Assembly: GCF_009914755.1 (NCBI RefSeq)
Contig: NC_060930.1
Reading direction: 5' to 3' (one strand)
Length of the DNA: 64,000 bases
Source of the DNA: the human T2T-CHM13v2.0 reference genome, Homo sapiens
Under the pieces are notes generated by a model. It had not been told where the DNA came from. It saw nothing but the letters and a program-made list of their open reading frames with translations, and ran no database searches. Positions 45,581 to 58,834 of the stretch are shown here, piece by piece; the first letter of the stretch is position 1, and the number at the start of each line of letters is the position of its first letter. The translations under genes were made by a program, and so were the position numbers.

Positions 45581-46033
45581 AGCCGAAGAAAACTGTCTTT
45601 ATAAAAATTTTCGTTTCTTAAAAAAATGTGTAGTCCACAAAGAAGACTTGGTAAATAGAGGAAAAAAGTAAAAATGAAAATCCGTCATCCACAATTTATA
45701 GTTGACCTTTGATAGTAATGTTGTGAGGGGTCCTTTTCTGGACTCTGGTATGGGTCTATATGTTCATGTATGCATTTTAACACAATTGGATATATTTGTC
45801 TCCACACACACCTTTCTTGCTTTCTTCAGCTGTTACTCTGTGAGCATTTTTTAGTACTTTAAAGTCACTTAAAAACAAATGAAAACCATTCTGTAGTATG
45901 TAAGCATATAAACATACTCTAATTTCTTTATCCATTGCCCTATTACTAGTCATTTATAACAATTTTTTAATAGTGTGTAAATAGTATTGCCATCCATTGA
46001 CCAGCAATTGTATTTCTATAAATCTGTCTTATG

Positions 46034-46371
<338 letters not shown>

Positions 46372-47380
46372 TTACAAGCATAATTGTCTTGTCACTCTGT
46401 ACTGATGAACATTTTAAATGATGTAATAAAGCATTGGTTTAATGAAGTATGATGAATAGACAACAAAATGTTATACAGCCATTACAAGTCTGTAATATAA
46501 AAATAAGTGATATTGTAAGATGTTTGTAACATCTGAAAAAGTGTTTTTTTATCAAGAAGATTGTAAATCCCATTTATGGAAAATATGAAAAGCTGGAAAG
46601 ACGTACAGTACAGTAATAATCGCTAGGTGATAAGAGAAACATGATTTTTTATTTACTACTTGTGCCCAGTTTCTGTAGTAAGCAGATGTAATAAGAAATT
46701 TTACATGAAATTTTTTCTACAGTGAATTTCATTGTATAAAATTTTTTCTTTTCTGGTGATTTTCTTAATGTAGGTAACTCATCCTTTTGTCTGCCTACAA
46801 ATTCCATACAAATGGTTAGAATTGTATACTTTTTAGAAGTATTTAAATATACCTGATTGGGTTACCATATAATATGTGTTTTCCCCGGTGTTGATTAAGG
46901 GCAAGAAAGAAGCCAGTTTCTGTACTGAATTCATTAGGTATTGAGCTATAAGGAGTAGGATTTCTAAATCTGTTCTGAGAAATAATAAACTTTAAAAAGA
47001 CCCTGCCTCTTCATGTTGTACATATTTTCTTATGTCTTATCCTGATTTTAAAATAACTTGTTGGAATCGAATTACTATTAATGTACTTTCAGAAAAATCA
47101 TCATGTGTGTGTTACCAGCTTTGCCTGCCTGTGTTTTAAAGGCAACTCCTAGCTCTTTGAGAATGAAAGTGGCTGTGCGTCTTCCTATGCTTTAATACCA
47201 GTGTGCTTTGGGCACTCCCCGTGGACATAGTGTCCCCAGCATTGCTTTGTTATTTCCTGGTCTGTGTTCTTGCCTGCCCTGCTTGGCAGCCCTGTATCAG
47301 ATCTCTGCTTGCAACGCTGAGTGTCAAGCTTGGTTGGTCTGTGTGAGGTTCTAAACCCGTTGTGCTTTCTCTCCATGTAG

Positions 47381-47499
47381 AGCACCACTAGGCTGGACAG
47401 CGACAGAGTGTCGTCTGCCTCTAGCACAGCCGAGCGGGGAATGGTGAAGCCGATGATCAGAGTAGAACAGCAGCCAGATTATCGCAGGCAAGAAAGCAG
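47381..47499 (+). CDS. AFDN: AFDN exon 13 (119 nt): STTRLDSDRVSSASSTAERGMVKPMIRVEQQPDYRRQES
   Basis: ctccatgtag acceptor; CAG|gtagga donor. Confidence 0.95.
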
Positions 47500-50400
47500 G
47501 TAGGAAACACATCATTTTTCAATGGTGAAAGTACTGAAAGTATTCCTAAAAAAGGGTTGGGATAAAGATTGTTGAATTTATAAAGGTTCAGCTGACATGT
47601 TTACAATGTTAGCAATAATATTTTAAGGGCATTTCCTTTCTGTGTTATTGAATTGAAAGAAATGCTTTACCAATAATTATATCCCTCACTTATATGCCAC
47701 AGTGTTATCAGATTGAAATAAGAGTACATTGAATTAAAATGTTGCCATTTAAAATTTGCTACTTTGTAAAAACATAGAGAAAGGGAGTTTTTATAGGATT
47801 TTAATATTTGATGATTTTTGTATTTAGAAAAATCTGGTCATTTCACCCATTTCTAGAAGAAATCTTCATCTGTTTAAAAATACGTAAGATCAAAAATGAT
47901 TTTGAAACAGATTTTAAGAATTATAAATGCCATATTATGTCTTGTGCTCTAATGTGATGTGTCTCCCTGTGGAGATAGATGGAGGATGAATTTTTTTTTT
48001 TTTCTGACATTGTTCTTGCCGATTTCTCTGGGCAGAGAACTGTCTTGTTATTTCCTTGTCTTATGATTTTTAACGTGTCACCTTAATCAGAATCCTATTT
48101 CCTTGTGACCTCTAGAATTATTTAAATGTTGCAGAGTAATATCTTTGCATTAAACATGGTGGATAAATAACAGATACTGACTAGTGGAACCAGCAGCATG
48201 ATTTGGTGCTGAACACCTCTACCCCAGAGCTCTGCGGGAACTCAGACAGAAATACAGAAAGACTGCATGACTTCTATGGCATTCTCATTATCAGCAGTGA
48301 AACTGGCAGCATTCCCCCTTTGGGGCTTTTCAGATAGATTTTTGAAGAGGCCATTCTGTTTCCTTCAAAGATCCAGTCAGTGAGGCAGTTAGATGAGGCA
48401 GGCGACTTGCCCAGGGTCACCTATCAGTTCAGTTGCAGGTGACAAAGACACAGTTCTTCAGTTTCCCAACTTCCAGCAGAGGGCACTGGATATTGCAGGA
48501 TTTTAATATCATTCATCACCAGTTATACATGTGTAGACTCATAAGGGAATCCCAGGTTTTAACTTTATTTTTATTGTGGATTTTTGGTTCTAATGCAAGA
48601 TTTTTATTGGCTATGTGAATCTTATTACATGTGATAATAAATAGTTTACTTTCCGTGTTTGTACTTGTTTTTGTTGGTGGATTATGGAGTAGGATGTTCA
48701 GAATGGTAAATTGGTATTGTAAGGAATACCTCTATGTATTTCTAAGGTGTGACTGAGAAGTATGAATCATAGTTCTTAGCTCATAAATATTTGAGTAAAT
48801 GAATTCACACGAGGGAGTGGATTGATTAGGATAATGCTTTTAATATATGCAAAATTAGTGATTAATATAGTGTCAAAATAGTAATATGGTTAATTGTATG
48901 TCAGGAATTATTTTTTACCATAAACACATAATTTAATTTTACAAGGTAAGATTAGTTTGCAGAGTTATTAAAGGCTTTATTTTAATTATAAACTATGTTG
49001 TTTTGTTGCTATTACTACAATGATGAGAACAGATGAGCCTTTCTGCTCCATTCTTTGTTTTTCACATGGGCAGTGTTATAATAAGCACTACTTAATTTAA
49101 CTGATGCAGTCATGAAAAATTTAAACGTGTTTAAAATGCTAATATTAGTGAAGGAAAAAACCCTTTTGAATGGAGGGGACGACTTTTAATTGTCACTAAA
49201 TTTTTTTTTCTTTTATCAATGACAATGTAAACACTTTTTTACCAGATTTGTTAAAATATAATTGGTAAAGTTTACTCAGGTTCACTTTATGAGATATATA
49301 ACTGCCTAGCTACAATTTTAGTTGTCTGTAAATATGGGAATGTAAGGGAGATGTGTTAAAATAATTGATCATTTAAATTACATTGTTTATAGAGGCATTT
49401 TTCTTTTCCTTAATTGTTGAGTTAAATCATTAGATCATAAACTAAATAATCAACTCTGAAACATATAATTTGATAAAAAGAAGATTTGGGTTGTATTTAT
49501 TATTAGTAAAATATTTGGTTATATTTTTATTATTTTGTATAAATATATTCATTTCTCTTTATTCATTTTTTGGTGCATGGAGAAGGTGAGGATGGAGGGA
49601 AGAGAATGGTTTGCTGTTGAAAAAAAAATTAGTTAGCCAGTCTGTAAACTATTATAAATCTGTAATCATCATAAGTTATTCCTTTTTATTTTTGAAGGAA
49701 AGTTTTTTATTATCTATATTAACTTATTTAATGAGTGGACCAGCAATTCCAAATACTTAATTCTGGCCGTACAGTACCAGTTGTCTAAGATTAACAGACA
49801 CATTGCTGCTGAAATGACTGTTGTTGAAGTCACTAATGAGTATTTCTCATTCCAATATCAAGATAACTGTGTTGACTTTCCATTTCACCAAATAAGATTT
49901 ATTTGAGTAAGTATTAGTCTCAGTTTAAGTCAATATTTAACTCAGTAGAGATGTTCATCACAGTTTAAGTCATTAATATCCCCACAATTTCATTTTTCAT
50001 TAAGTTTGCGGAAGGCAAAACACATGTTCCCTGGCTCTTACTGTCAATTTAAATTTTCTTATTTTTTCAGAGACATTTTTGAGAATTCTTCCTGGTTATC
50101 TCTGTTAAAGTTGAACTAAAATGATAAAGACATTGAAATGTTAAGGAAGCTAATCACTTGACTATGTGTTTCGCTGGTTTTTGGTAAATATTGTATATAA
50201 AATACAGTGGGTAGCGAACTTAGAGTAATAAGTAAATGGCTTGAAGTTCTAATCACATGGCTAAGTGAAAGAATAAGCTGAGCATTATTCATTGAGAAAA
50301 GCATAAATCCACAAAGATAAGGAAATCTAAACTGGATTTGTAATTTATTATCTTACACATTTAAAGAGTCTGTGCCTAGCAATGGCTTTCAAAATGCTTT

Positions 50401-51310
50401 TGAACTGTGGTTATAACACAAGATTATATCTTACATTGTGCTCTGGTGAACACACATACAAATGTGTATTCAACTGAAAGAGTAGTTTCACAAAACAGCC
50501 TTCTGCCCTGCCAATGGGTGATGACACACTGTTTGAAGAATATTTTTATAGAGATAGAAATGAACCTAACTTTTGAATTAATTTGATCTGAATACCTGGA
50601 AATAGATAAACATCAGCACAATGCTAGTTTTTATAAATGTTCCAAATTATAGTTTCTTTGTATTTATAATTTTTGACAGTTCCTTATTTGTGTAGTGTCA
50701 GGCTAAATGGTGGAAGGGACCTGGAATTTATGTGACCGTAAGAAGAAATGTGAGTGAGTAGAACATCTCTTTATAAGGCATGCGTCACTGTAAGCATTGG
50801 AAAATGATGATAGTAATGGCTGAAGGAGACTTGCCGTGGTCAGCTTGTCTAACCCTGTGTCAGCAGAGAAAGACAAAGTCCAGGTCTTAGGAAGCTTTTC
50901 CCTTTCAGTATAAGAACTCCGTTTCAAGCTTGGCATGGTTAGTTTTTCTTTGTGTCACTTAGTACTTTGTTTTCAGTGTTACCTGAGCCATAGCTGTAGC
51001 AGATGCAAGACAGACCGATCCCTGTACTAGACATGAAGTGTTCATTAATAATCCAGAATCACGTCAGATCTGCTGTCATGGCGGCGGCATATACTTCAAG
51101 GAACTAACCTTCTTAGAGGAGTCGTGATAAGATCACTCCCAATGCATTATTTGATTAGGCTACATCTGAAAACAAGGGATATTTTATTATTTTACGTTGG
51201 AAAGATTAGTATATAGATTTAAAAAGTAGTTGCAGAAATCTACACAGGTTGTCAGTAATATTGTTAGCCATGTGACCTTATTTTAAGTGATGTCAGCTTT
51301 CTTCTTTTAG

Positions 51311-51372
51311 AACACAGGATGCTTCTGGGCCTGAGCTGATACTACCTGCAAGCATTGAATTCAGGGAAAGTT
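51311..51372 (+). CDS. AFDN: AFDN exon 14 (62 nt): RTQDASGPELILPASIEFRES
   Basis: cttcttttag acceptor; T|gtgagt donor; followed by a 121-nt intron. Confidence 0.95.
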
Positions 51373-51493
51373 GTGAGTAATTTCAGATTTCATTGTCAAT
51401 GAATTATTTCTTGATCCATTTTACTCCATCTGATTTTCACATTCGTTTTTATTCTTTTTTCCTTTTTTCTTTGTTTTTGAAATCTTTCCACAG

Positions 51494-51699
51494 CTGAAGA
51501 TTCATTTTTGTCTGCCATTATAAATTATACTAATAGCTCTACAGTCCACTTTAAGTTGTCCCCTACATATGTATTATATATGGCATGCCGGTATGTATTG
51601 TCCAACCAGTACAGACCTGACATCAGCCCTACAGAGCGCACACATAAAGTCATTGCAGTCGTCAACAAGATGGTGAGCATGATGGAGGGTGTCATCCAG
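51494..51699 (+). CDS. AFDN: AFDN exon 15 (206 nt): SEDSFLSAIINY...MMEGVIQ (start of Dilute region)
   Basis: tttccacag acceptor; CAG|gtacgt donor; overlaps ORF 51508..51735. Confidence 0.97.
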
Positions 51700-51992
51700 G
51701 TACGTTCCAGCCGGCCAGCCATGCTCCTCCAGTGATTGTGGTTGTAATTGCTAAGCCAGTGAATTCAGCTTCTTTAAGGCTTCTCATTTGGTTACAAGAT
51801 TTTTTTCTAAAATAAAAGTTATGTAAATATTGTAGGAAAATGTATAACTTTAAAGAGTTGAAAGGAAATGCAAGCTTTTTTCTATTTTGTTTTCCCTGTA
51901 AAACTTCAGCATAAGTGAAGTTAACTTGTAGTAATAGTTGTGAGAAAGTGCTGAGACTGTTGTGGGCTTTTGTAGAATTTTTTCTGTAAATA

Positions 51993-52130
51993 ATTTGTTG
52001 AGATGAAGTTCATATAATATTAACCATTTTGAAGTGAACAATTCAGTCGCATTTGGTGCATTCACAGTGTCGTGCAGCCACCACCCCTGTCGGTTCCAAA
52101 ACGTCTCCATCACCTCAGAGCGATACCCCT
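51993..52130 (-). mobile_element. L1MB-type 3' end fragment
   Basis: taaccattttgaagtgaacaattcagt...cattcacagtgtcgtgcagccaccacc. Confidence 0.7.
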
Positions 52131-53612
52131 CAAGTAGTTCCTGGGGTTTTTCTTTTCCCCCGTTCCCTGGTAACGCCTTCTTAGACTTTTTAAAAATGGT
52201 TCTCAAAAGTCACTTGCTCCTGTGTAATGAGCCTAGACGTTGGTAGTAATTGGGCTTTTTGATAGCACATGTGTAGGTGTAATGGACATTGTAACATACT
52301 TCTCACTTAAAATGAAATTCTGTCATAAACCTGTTTTCAAAATTTCAGAAGATAAAGGTATTTTGTTGGTAGAATGGTTTGACTCCTTTACGTACTTTCT
52401 GTCCCGATCTACAGTTGATAAAATTTTCATAGCAGTTTTTCATCTACAGATGATTTGAAGATTTAATCTTTAAAGTTCTTAAAAGTAAATGTACAGATTT
52501 TTTCAGTTTTTCTGAATCACTTGTCAATGTTGTTATTTAACTTAATAAAACTCTAGTTATATAATGTTAATAACATAGATAGATTGGTTGCTTTTCTCCT
52601 GGCAGGATCATTTGAGGGAAACTAAGATCTTTTAGTTCCTTCAGAATTGTTTTCAAAGGCCAGAATTTTTCAAGAAATGTTTCTTTTATATTTGAGTGAT
52701 TAGCATGAGTTTGATAGGGTTATGCTTCTTTTACCCAAGTTAGGAAATAGGTAAAAAAGAAAGTCATTTTATTTGGATACCGTTTTGTTACTTTCATGTC
52801 ATTATTTTATAAACAAACATGGATTTCCTTTTCAGTTGTCATTCAAAGCCATTGTCTGTCTTCTATCATGTTTGGACTTACTAAGCCTGTTTCGAATTGT
52901 GAGACGCCTATCATAAAACTACCCTTGATAGCCTTTTCCTTATTGATGTGAACTAGTCAGTGAAATCACCATTATCAAACAAGTCTTTTAAACTTCAGAT
53001 TTAGGGTTAGTATCCAGTGGGGGGAATCTTAAAGTAGTGGAAAAGAACTGTGGTAGTGAATAATTTAAATTCTATTTTCAAAAAACAAAGAATTTGCTCC
53101 CTTTAGTATAGGTGTAAGTTATTTATACACTTTTAAATTCTCATCTTCTCAGCTTTTATTTTGATTGTTTCTTGGTCTTTCCTGTCTCTTCCATTCCTAT
53201 TAATTAATCTAGAGGGATGGACTTTCACCTTATTAGGTACCTTTTAAGTAAGTAGTAAGCACACCATATCACTGAAAGATGTTCGTTCACAAGTCCTTCC
53301 ATTGTAAATCTTTTAAAGAGATCAGTGTGTTCATGTGTGTTTATGGTAACATCATATTTATTGATAAACTCTAAAAATACAGTTAGTTATTGTGCCAGTG
53401 GTAAGAACATAAAACTAATCCTTTAGGTCGTATACTTCTAAAGGTGCTTCAGAACCATAAATGAAAATGTTATTTTGGGAATAACATAACTAAATGTCGT
53501 ACCTTCATGTCGTACCTTCATATTAGTGTTTTGATTTTTTTAAACTATCATGATTGTTTACAAGTTTCTTTCTCTCGTTCTGCTTGATTTCCCCTCGTCT
53601 GTTTTTCTCCAG

Positions 53613-53633
53613 GAAGTAGACCAGGTTGACCAG
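53613..53633 (+). CDS. AFDN: AFDN 21-nt microexon (exon 16): EVDQVDQ
   Basis: 46-nt AG-free pyrimidine tract ending ctccag; GAA GTA GAC CAG GTT GAC CAG|gtagga; phase 0-0, no stop. Confidence 0.88.
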
Positions 53634-54377
53634 GTAGGACATCTGCTGGGAGCTGATCCTAGCTGTGTTGCTTAGCCAAGTTTCTCATGCTGCTCCCATG
53701 TCAAATAAGTAATACAACAGCTGGACTGAACAGCTCATAACACTCATTCAGCAACTGAGACATGCAGTACTAAAACCCTTTTTGACTGTGCAACCTTTAT
53801 CGGCATTTCATAATTTCTGCTTAATGCACTTCAGTGTGGATATGAAATGACAAAAGTTCTGTTTCTTCTCTTTATTATTTATCCTTGGTTCCTATTCTTT
53901 GGATCTCATCTGAGGTTGCCTGGCCTGCACATGTGGTCGGGAGAGGATGTGATAGATCAGTACTTGATACTGAGTTGCATGGTGTCCAAGCCAGTGACTA
54001 CAAGTATCAGGGTGGCTGTGGGTAACCATGGATACATGTATGTATACTGCACAGACTACCAGATAATGCACGGTCTACAATTTGGTGTTATATTATTTGA
54101 TATCTCCATTTCTCCGCTGATTCCATCTATAAATTGTAGCTAACTGAATCCATATGTCTATGTGCATGAATCCTAAGAAATAGTTGCAGTGGTTATTTAC
54201 TTCCCATTGCTATGTATGCACCCAAATTATTTTGCAAATATCTGGTATCTGTGGTAAATACCTTGGTGAAATGGGAAGGTACTGGTCTATCTTCAGCAGC
54301 TTTTCAAGAGCATTCCTTTATATTTTTATTACTTTTGTTTATTCTCTGTTGCTTATGGAAGTGTGTTCTGTCTACAG

Positions 54378-54523
54378 AAACAGAAGAATATTGCAGGGGC
54401 ACTTGCCTTCTGGATGGCAAATGCATCTGAACTTCTCAACTTCATTAAGCAAGACCGAGACCTTAGTCGGATCACACTGGATGCTCAAGATGTTTTAGCA
54501 CATTTGGTTCAAATGGCATTTAA
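54378..54523 (+). CDS. AFDN: AFDN exon 17 (146 nt), Dilute: KQKNIAGALAFWMANASELL...VQMAFK
   Basis: tctacag acceptor; AA|gtaagg donor; FWMAN motif typical of Dilute/myosin-V tail. Confidence 0.96.
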
Positions 54524-54852
54524 GTAAGGAACACATTTTTGAAGGCGGCACTACTCTAAATAATTAAGTCATTTGTTTTCTTATTCAGTTTTCCAAACTA
54601 ATTTTAAGATTTATATTTACCTTGATTGAAGGTGAATATAAAGAAGCATACATTTTTGCAAAATGTATTAACTACCTATAGTTATATCCTTAATATAGTT
54701 ATACTGAATTCAGTGAGCTATGTTTCAAGATTCCACATTTTTTTTTAATGGAAAATATTTTTTAAGAGTCCAGATTGTTTCCCATGTGATAACATGTCTG
54801 ACAATAGCTGTCTGTCATGCTAAGATTACTTAAATTGTCTATGTATTTTCAG

Positions 54853-54947
54853 ATACTTGGTTCACTGTCTTCAATCAGAACTTAATAATTACATGCCAGC
54901 CTTTCTAGATGACCCTGAAGAGAACAGTCTGCAACGACCAAAAATAG
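54853..54947 (+). CDS. AFDN: AFDN exon 18 (95 nt): YLVHCLQSELNNYMPAFLDDPEENSLQRPKI
   Basis: attttcag acceptor; TAG|gttagg donor. Confidence 0.95.
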
Positions 54948-55376
54948 GTTAGGATGTTTTCTGACTGTCTCCCTCTATCCCGCTTCCTTCACGTTTAGCA
55001 TCATTTTAATGCTTAGCGTAGGTAAGTGGAGGTGTTTTTAAAATAAATGGGATGTCCTTTTGGGTTTGGCAATCTTTAATAAATTTTAACGATTATTTGT
55101 TTTGTTTACAGATAGTTCTCATTTTGGTGTGTCATGCTGGCCATACTCTTTAAAAAGTCTCTTAAGGCCAAACTAATGATGTTAAGTGTAATTAGTTAAT
55201 AACTATATGTAGTTTAAGATCATGTCACTGTTTCCTCTTGGAATGAAGTTGATATTTTTAAAGTAATTAAACAGCACTTACTACCATAGGTACCATTATC
55301 TAAATCTGCTGCACATTCAAAGGCTTCTTCCTGGATGACATTTTGCTCCTCTTGTCCTCTCACCCTGTCTGGGCAG

Positions 55377-55642
55377 ATGATGTGCTGCACACGCTCACAG
55401 GAGCCATGTCCTTGCTACGACGCTGCAGAGTCAATGCCGCCCTGACCATCCAGCTCTTCTCTCAGCTCTTCCACTTCATCAATATGTGGCTGTTCAATAG
55501 ATTGGTGACCGACCCAGATTCGGGGCTGTGCTCCCATTACTGGGGTGCGATTATCCGTCAGCAGTTGGGCCATATTGAAGCCTGGGCTGAGAAGCAGGGG
55601 CTGGAACTGGCTGCGGACTGTCATCTGAGCAGGATCGTGCAG
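55377..55642 (+). CDS. AFDN: AFDN exon 19 (266 nt), Dilute core: DDVLHTLTGAMSLL...HLSRIVQ
   Basis: gggcag acceptor; CAG|gtgagt donor; inside ORF 55343..55780. Confidence 0.97.
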
Positions 55643-55783
55643 GTGAGTGCTGGTGCCACTCCCCAGCTCATGTGCTTTATGATAAAGGCATCTGATCTTT
55701 ATGATGAGCAAGAGCTTCAATGCAGCAAAACCTCAATACCCTCTTTTTGGGGTTTTTCGTATGTACAAATAATGAAGTAGTGC

Positions 55784-56602
55784 TATGTGAGTACTTGGGC
55801 TGCGGTTACAAAGTACAGATTATTTTTTCACTGTATTAATTGTATGCCATAATTGTTACTGTTAAGTACTTAAGCCTGAATAAATCTAATAAAATGATTG
55901 CTTATAGATAAATAAAAATTCAGAGTTAGAAATGGTGGTGACACCAAGCAACTGCAGATTGTTTACATGGTTTGTTTTCTGATAATTTAATGTACACAAA
56001 CTTTGTTTCATGCACAAAGTTATTTCAAATATTGTATGAAATTACCTTCAGTCTGTGTGTATAAGGTGTATATGAAACAAATTTCATATTTAGACTTGGG
56101 TCCCATCCCCAAAGATATCTCATATATGTCAATCTTCCAAAATTGAAAAAACTCCAAAATCTGAAACACTTCTGGTCCCAAGCATTTCAGTTAAGGAATA
56201 CTGAACCTGTGTCAAAAACTGAGTGGCTTAACAGTTGCTCCACAGCCCTGGAGGCCAGAAGTTGAAATCAAGATGTCAGCAGGGTTGATTCCTTCTGGGG
56301 GCTCTGAGGAAAGGATCTGTTTCAGGCCTTCCCCCTAGCTTCTGGTGGTTTGCACGCAGTTGGCATTCTTTGGCCTGTAGATGCATCATCCCAGTCCCTG
56401 CCTTTGTCTTCGTACGGCATTCTCCTTGTTTGCCTGTCTGTGTCCGAAAGACTGCTTTCTATAAGGACAGCCGACATTGGACCAGCTGATCTTGTTTTAA
56501 CTTGATGATTCCCTGGAAAGATGCTGTCTCGAAAAAAGATAACACTCTTGAGGACTGAGGGTTAGCCCTGCAAATTTTTAGGGGACACAGTTTAACTCAT
56601 AA
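55784..56602. mobile_element. MLT1 (B/C-like) solo LTR split by a Tigger4 insertion
   Basis: gggctgcggttacaaagta continues as tcaaaaactgagtggcttaa...ctggaggccagaag...ggggacacagtttaactcataa. Confidence 0.75.
55816..56209. mobile_element. Tigger4 (Zombi) deletion derivative
   Basis: Right end ccaaaatctgaaacacttctggtcccaagcatttc...aacctg matches the element at 3280-3512. Confidence 0.8.
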
Positions 56603-57297
56603 GTGGTAACCAGTGGACTGTAAATATCCTTAAAGGGTTCTTTATATTGAGATCAGTAAGATGGATTTCAGAACACTTTACAGTGAAAGATGAGTACCAG
56701 TTTTAAAATGGATGATAATTAACCCTCAAGAATACAAAGCCAAATAATATCCCAGTGGCTTAACCAGCTCTGAGGAAATTTTTTAGATATGAAAAACTAG
56801 GAGGTGATGTTTTGCAATTAACGAAATGAGTCATCTACAGCTTAAAAACCTAGGACTTTTTTTTTTAGTATTACGTATAATTTTTTTCTCCATTTTTAAA
56901 CCTTTTTTTAAAAGAGATTTAGTATAGAGGCTAGACAGCTGGTTATGAAAAGTCAGGACGATGAAACTATTCATACACCAGTAATTGGTCATCTGAATGG
57001 TCAAGTAAATGTTTAGCTTTGGAAGAGAGTTTTTAAAATGCTTTACGAACATAAATCTAATTATACATGCACGTCATAAAATTAAGAGGGCATCTAAAAA
57101 GATGCCCTTTACAAGATAATGCTTTTAGTTCTATTTAATGTATATAGTTACTGTAAATGGAAGTCTGTTTCCTGAAATCATTCTGCATTTCAAAGTTAAA
57201 TTAGCAAGTTATATTTTTATAAATATTACATAAAGGATAATATTTTTGAAATAACTTTACAAGTGTGATATTTTATGTCCTTTATTCTTTTACATAG

Positions 57298-57441
57298 GCA
57301 ACGACTTTGCTTACCATGGATAAGTATGCACCTGATGACATTCCAAATATAAACAGCACCTGCTTTAAGTTAAATTCATTACAACTTCAAGCCTTATTAC
57401 AGAACTATCACTGTGCACCTGATGAGCCTTTTATCCCAACG
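57298..57441 (+). CDS. AFDN: AFDN exon 20 (144 nt): ATTLLTMDKYAPDD...APDEPFIPT
   Basis: tttacatag acceptor; ACG|gtgagt donor; overlaps ORF 57307..57618. Confidence 0.96.
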
Positions 57442-57989
57442 GTGAGTGGATGTTGCCACATTACCACACAGTGCGGGACATGTTTGCATGGGGACATTTG
57501 GATGAAAAAACAAAAGGAAATCTTATTTAATACGTTAACTTATTTATTCTCATCTTACAAGATCATTTTCGTGTTGCTGTCCAAGAGTTCAATGAAAAAA
57601 CAGAAACTATACTCCTAAGTAGAAAGGGATTTTATTCAGGAAATTAGGTTCTTGGGAAGTCATCAGAAGGACTAGAGGAGAGGAGGTTAGGAGGCTGCCC
57701 AGGACTGTTGGGTTCCAGTGTACGTAGCCACAACTGAGTGTAGAGGGTGGGTGCCTCTGTCACAGATCACCCTCTTACAGCCTAGCTGAAATGAGAGGCT
57801 TGTCCCTTCTCATCCAGAATGGAGCCAGGAGTTTTGGTATGCCTGCCTCTCAGTAGGAGAAACAGAGGGTGAGAAATAGTATCTACCACTGTTAGCTATT
57901 TATAAAGAGAAATACTGTAGACTTAAATATGAGTCATGAGAATTATGTATGTGGATGGATGGATTGACCAGCATTGAGTTTATGCTAAC

Positions 57990-58440
57990 AAGACATGCAC
58001 AAAACAGCCAGAAACTGGAAATCACCAAATCAAAAGCACAGCATATACATAAATCGTGTCATAGTCATTTAAAGAAATATGTGAGAAAGAATGAATTACA
58101 GTTACAACAACTGGGATGAACATTATGACATAATGTGAAAAAAGGCAGCCCTGTGCAAAGTGCATAGAATATGCTTCTATCTGTGTACACTTTAGGAACA
58201 GTCAAAATCACACTCTGGTGATAGAAGCCTGAAAACCATGTCATTCTTTTTGAAGGAGAAGGAGGGGACAGTGATAGGGAATGGGGTGGCTACTCAGGTG
58301 GCGATGTTCTCTTTTCTTGAACAGAAGTGAACCTGGTGGTTGAGCTGGTGTGTTCATCTTTTTGATCTGTACAGTTAGGATTTATGAACTTTCCTATATG
58401 TGGGTAATACATCAATAAAACGTGTCTAAATAAAAATCAC
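57990..58440 (+). mobile_element. Old L1 (L1ME-like) 3' fragment
   Basis: acagccagaaactggaaa...gaaagaatgaattacag...atacatcaataaaa. Confidence 0.55.
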
Positions 58441-58817
58441 CCATAAACCAATAATTTAGAAATAACCTCTATATATTGATATATTTCCAAACTGGCAAAA
58501 ATACTGGGTAGATATTTGATTCCGGTCTTTTATATTTTACATTGTGTGGGCTTTTCCCTATATCATTAAACATTCTATACAAATATAGTTATTAACAGCT
58601 GAAAATTAAAGAATTGTGTGAGGAAAAAAATGATTAGAAAAGAAACTTCTTGTGATTGAACAATTTCTTTTTATTTAAAGCTACACGTTACTTAAAATTA
58701 GTAATTAAAATCTTGGTTCATCTATAAAATGTGTGCGGCCCAGAGTTGCTGGCTTTAGAAAACTGATGATGGGGGTACTCCTGGGACCTGTGCTCCCTCC
58801 GTAACCCTGCGTCTGTC

Positions 58818-58834
58818 TGTGTGTGTGTGTGTGT
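58818..58834. repeat. (TG)8 repeat ~110 nt upstream of exon 21
   Basis: Seen directly. Confidence 0.85.

Noticed and set aside
50071-50094. 24-nt microexon after a strong acceptor
   Set aside because: Donor CTG|gttatc is poor and joining to exon 14 creates TGA.
55415-55720. Antisense ORFs over exons (also 10509, 15349, 31013, 47185, 51525)
   Set aside because: Shadow ORFs of the coding strand.
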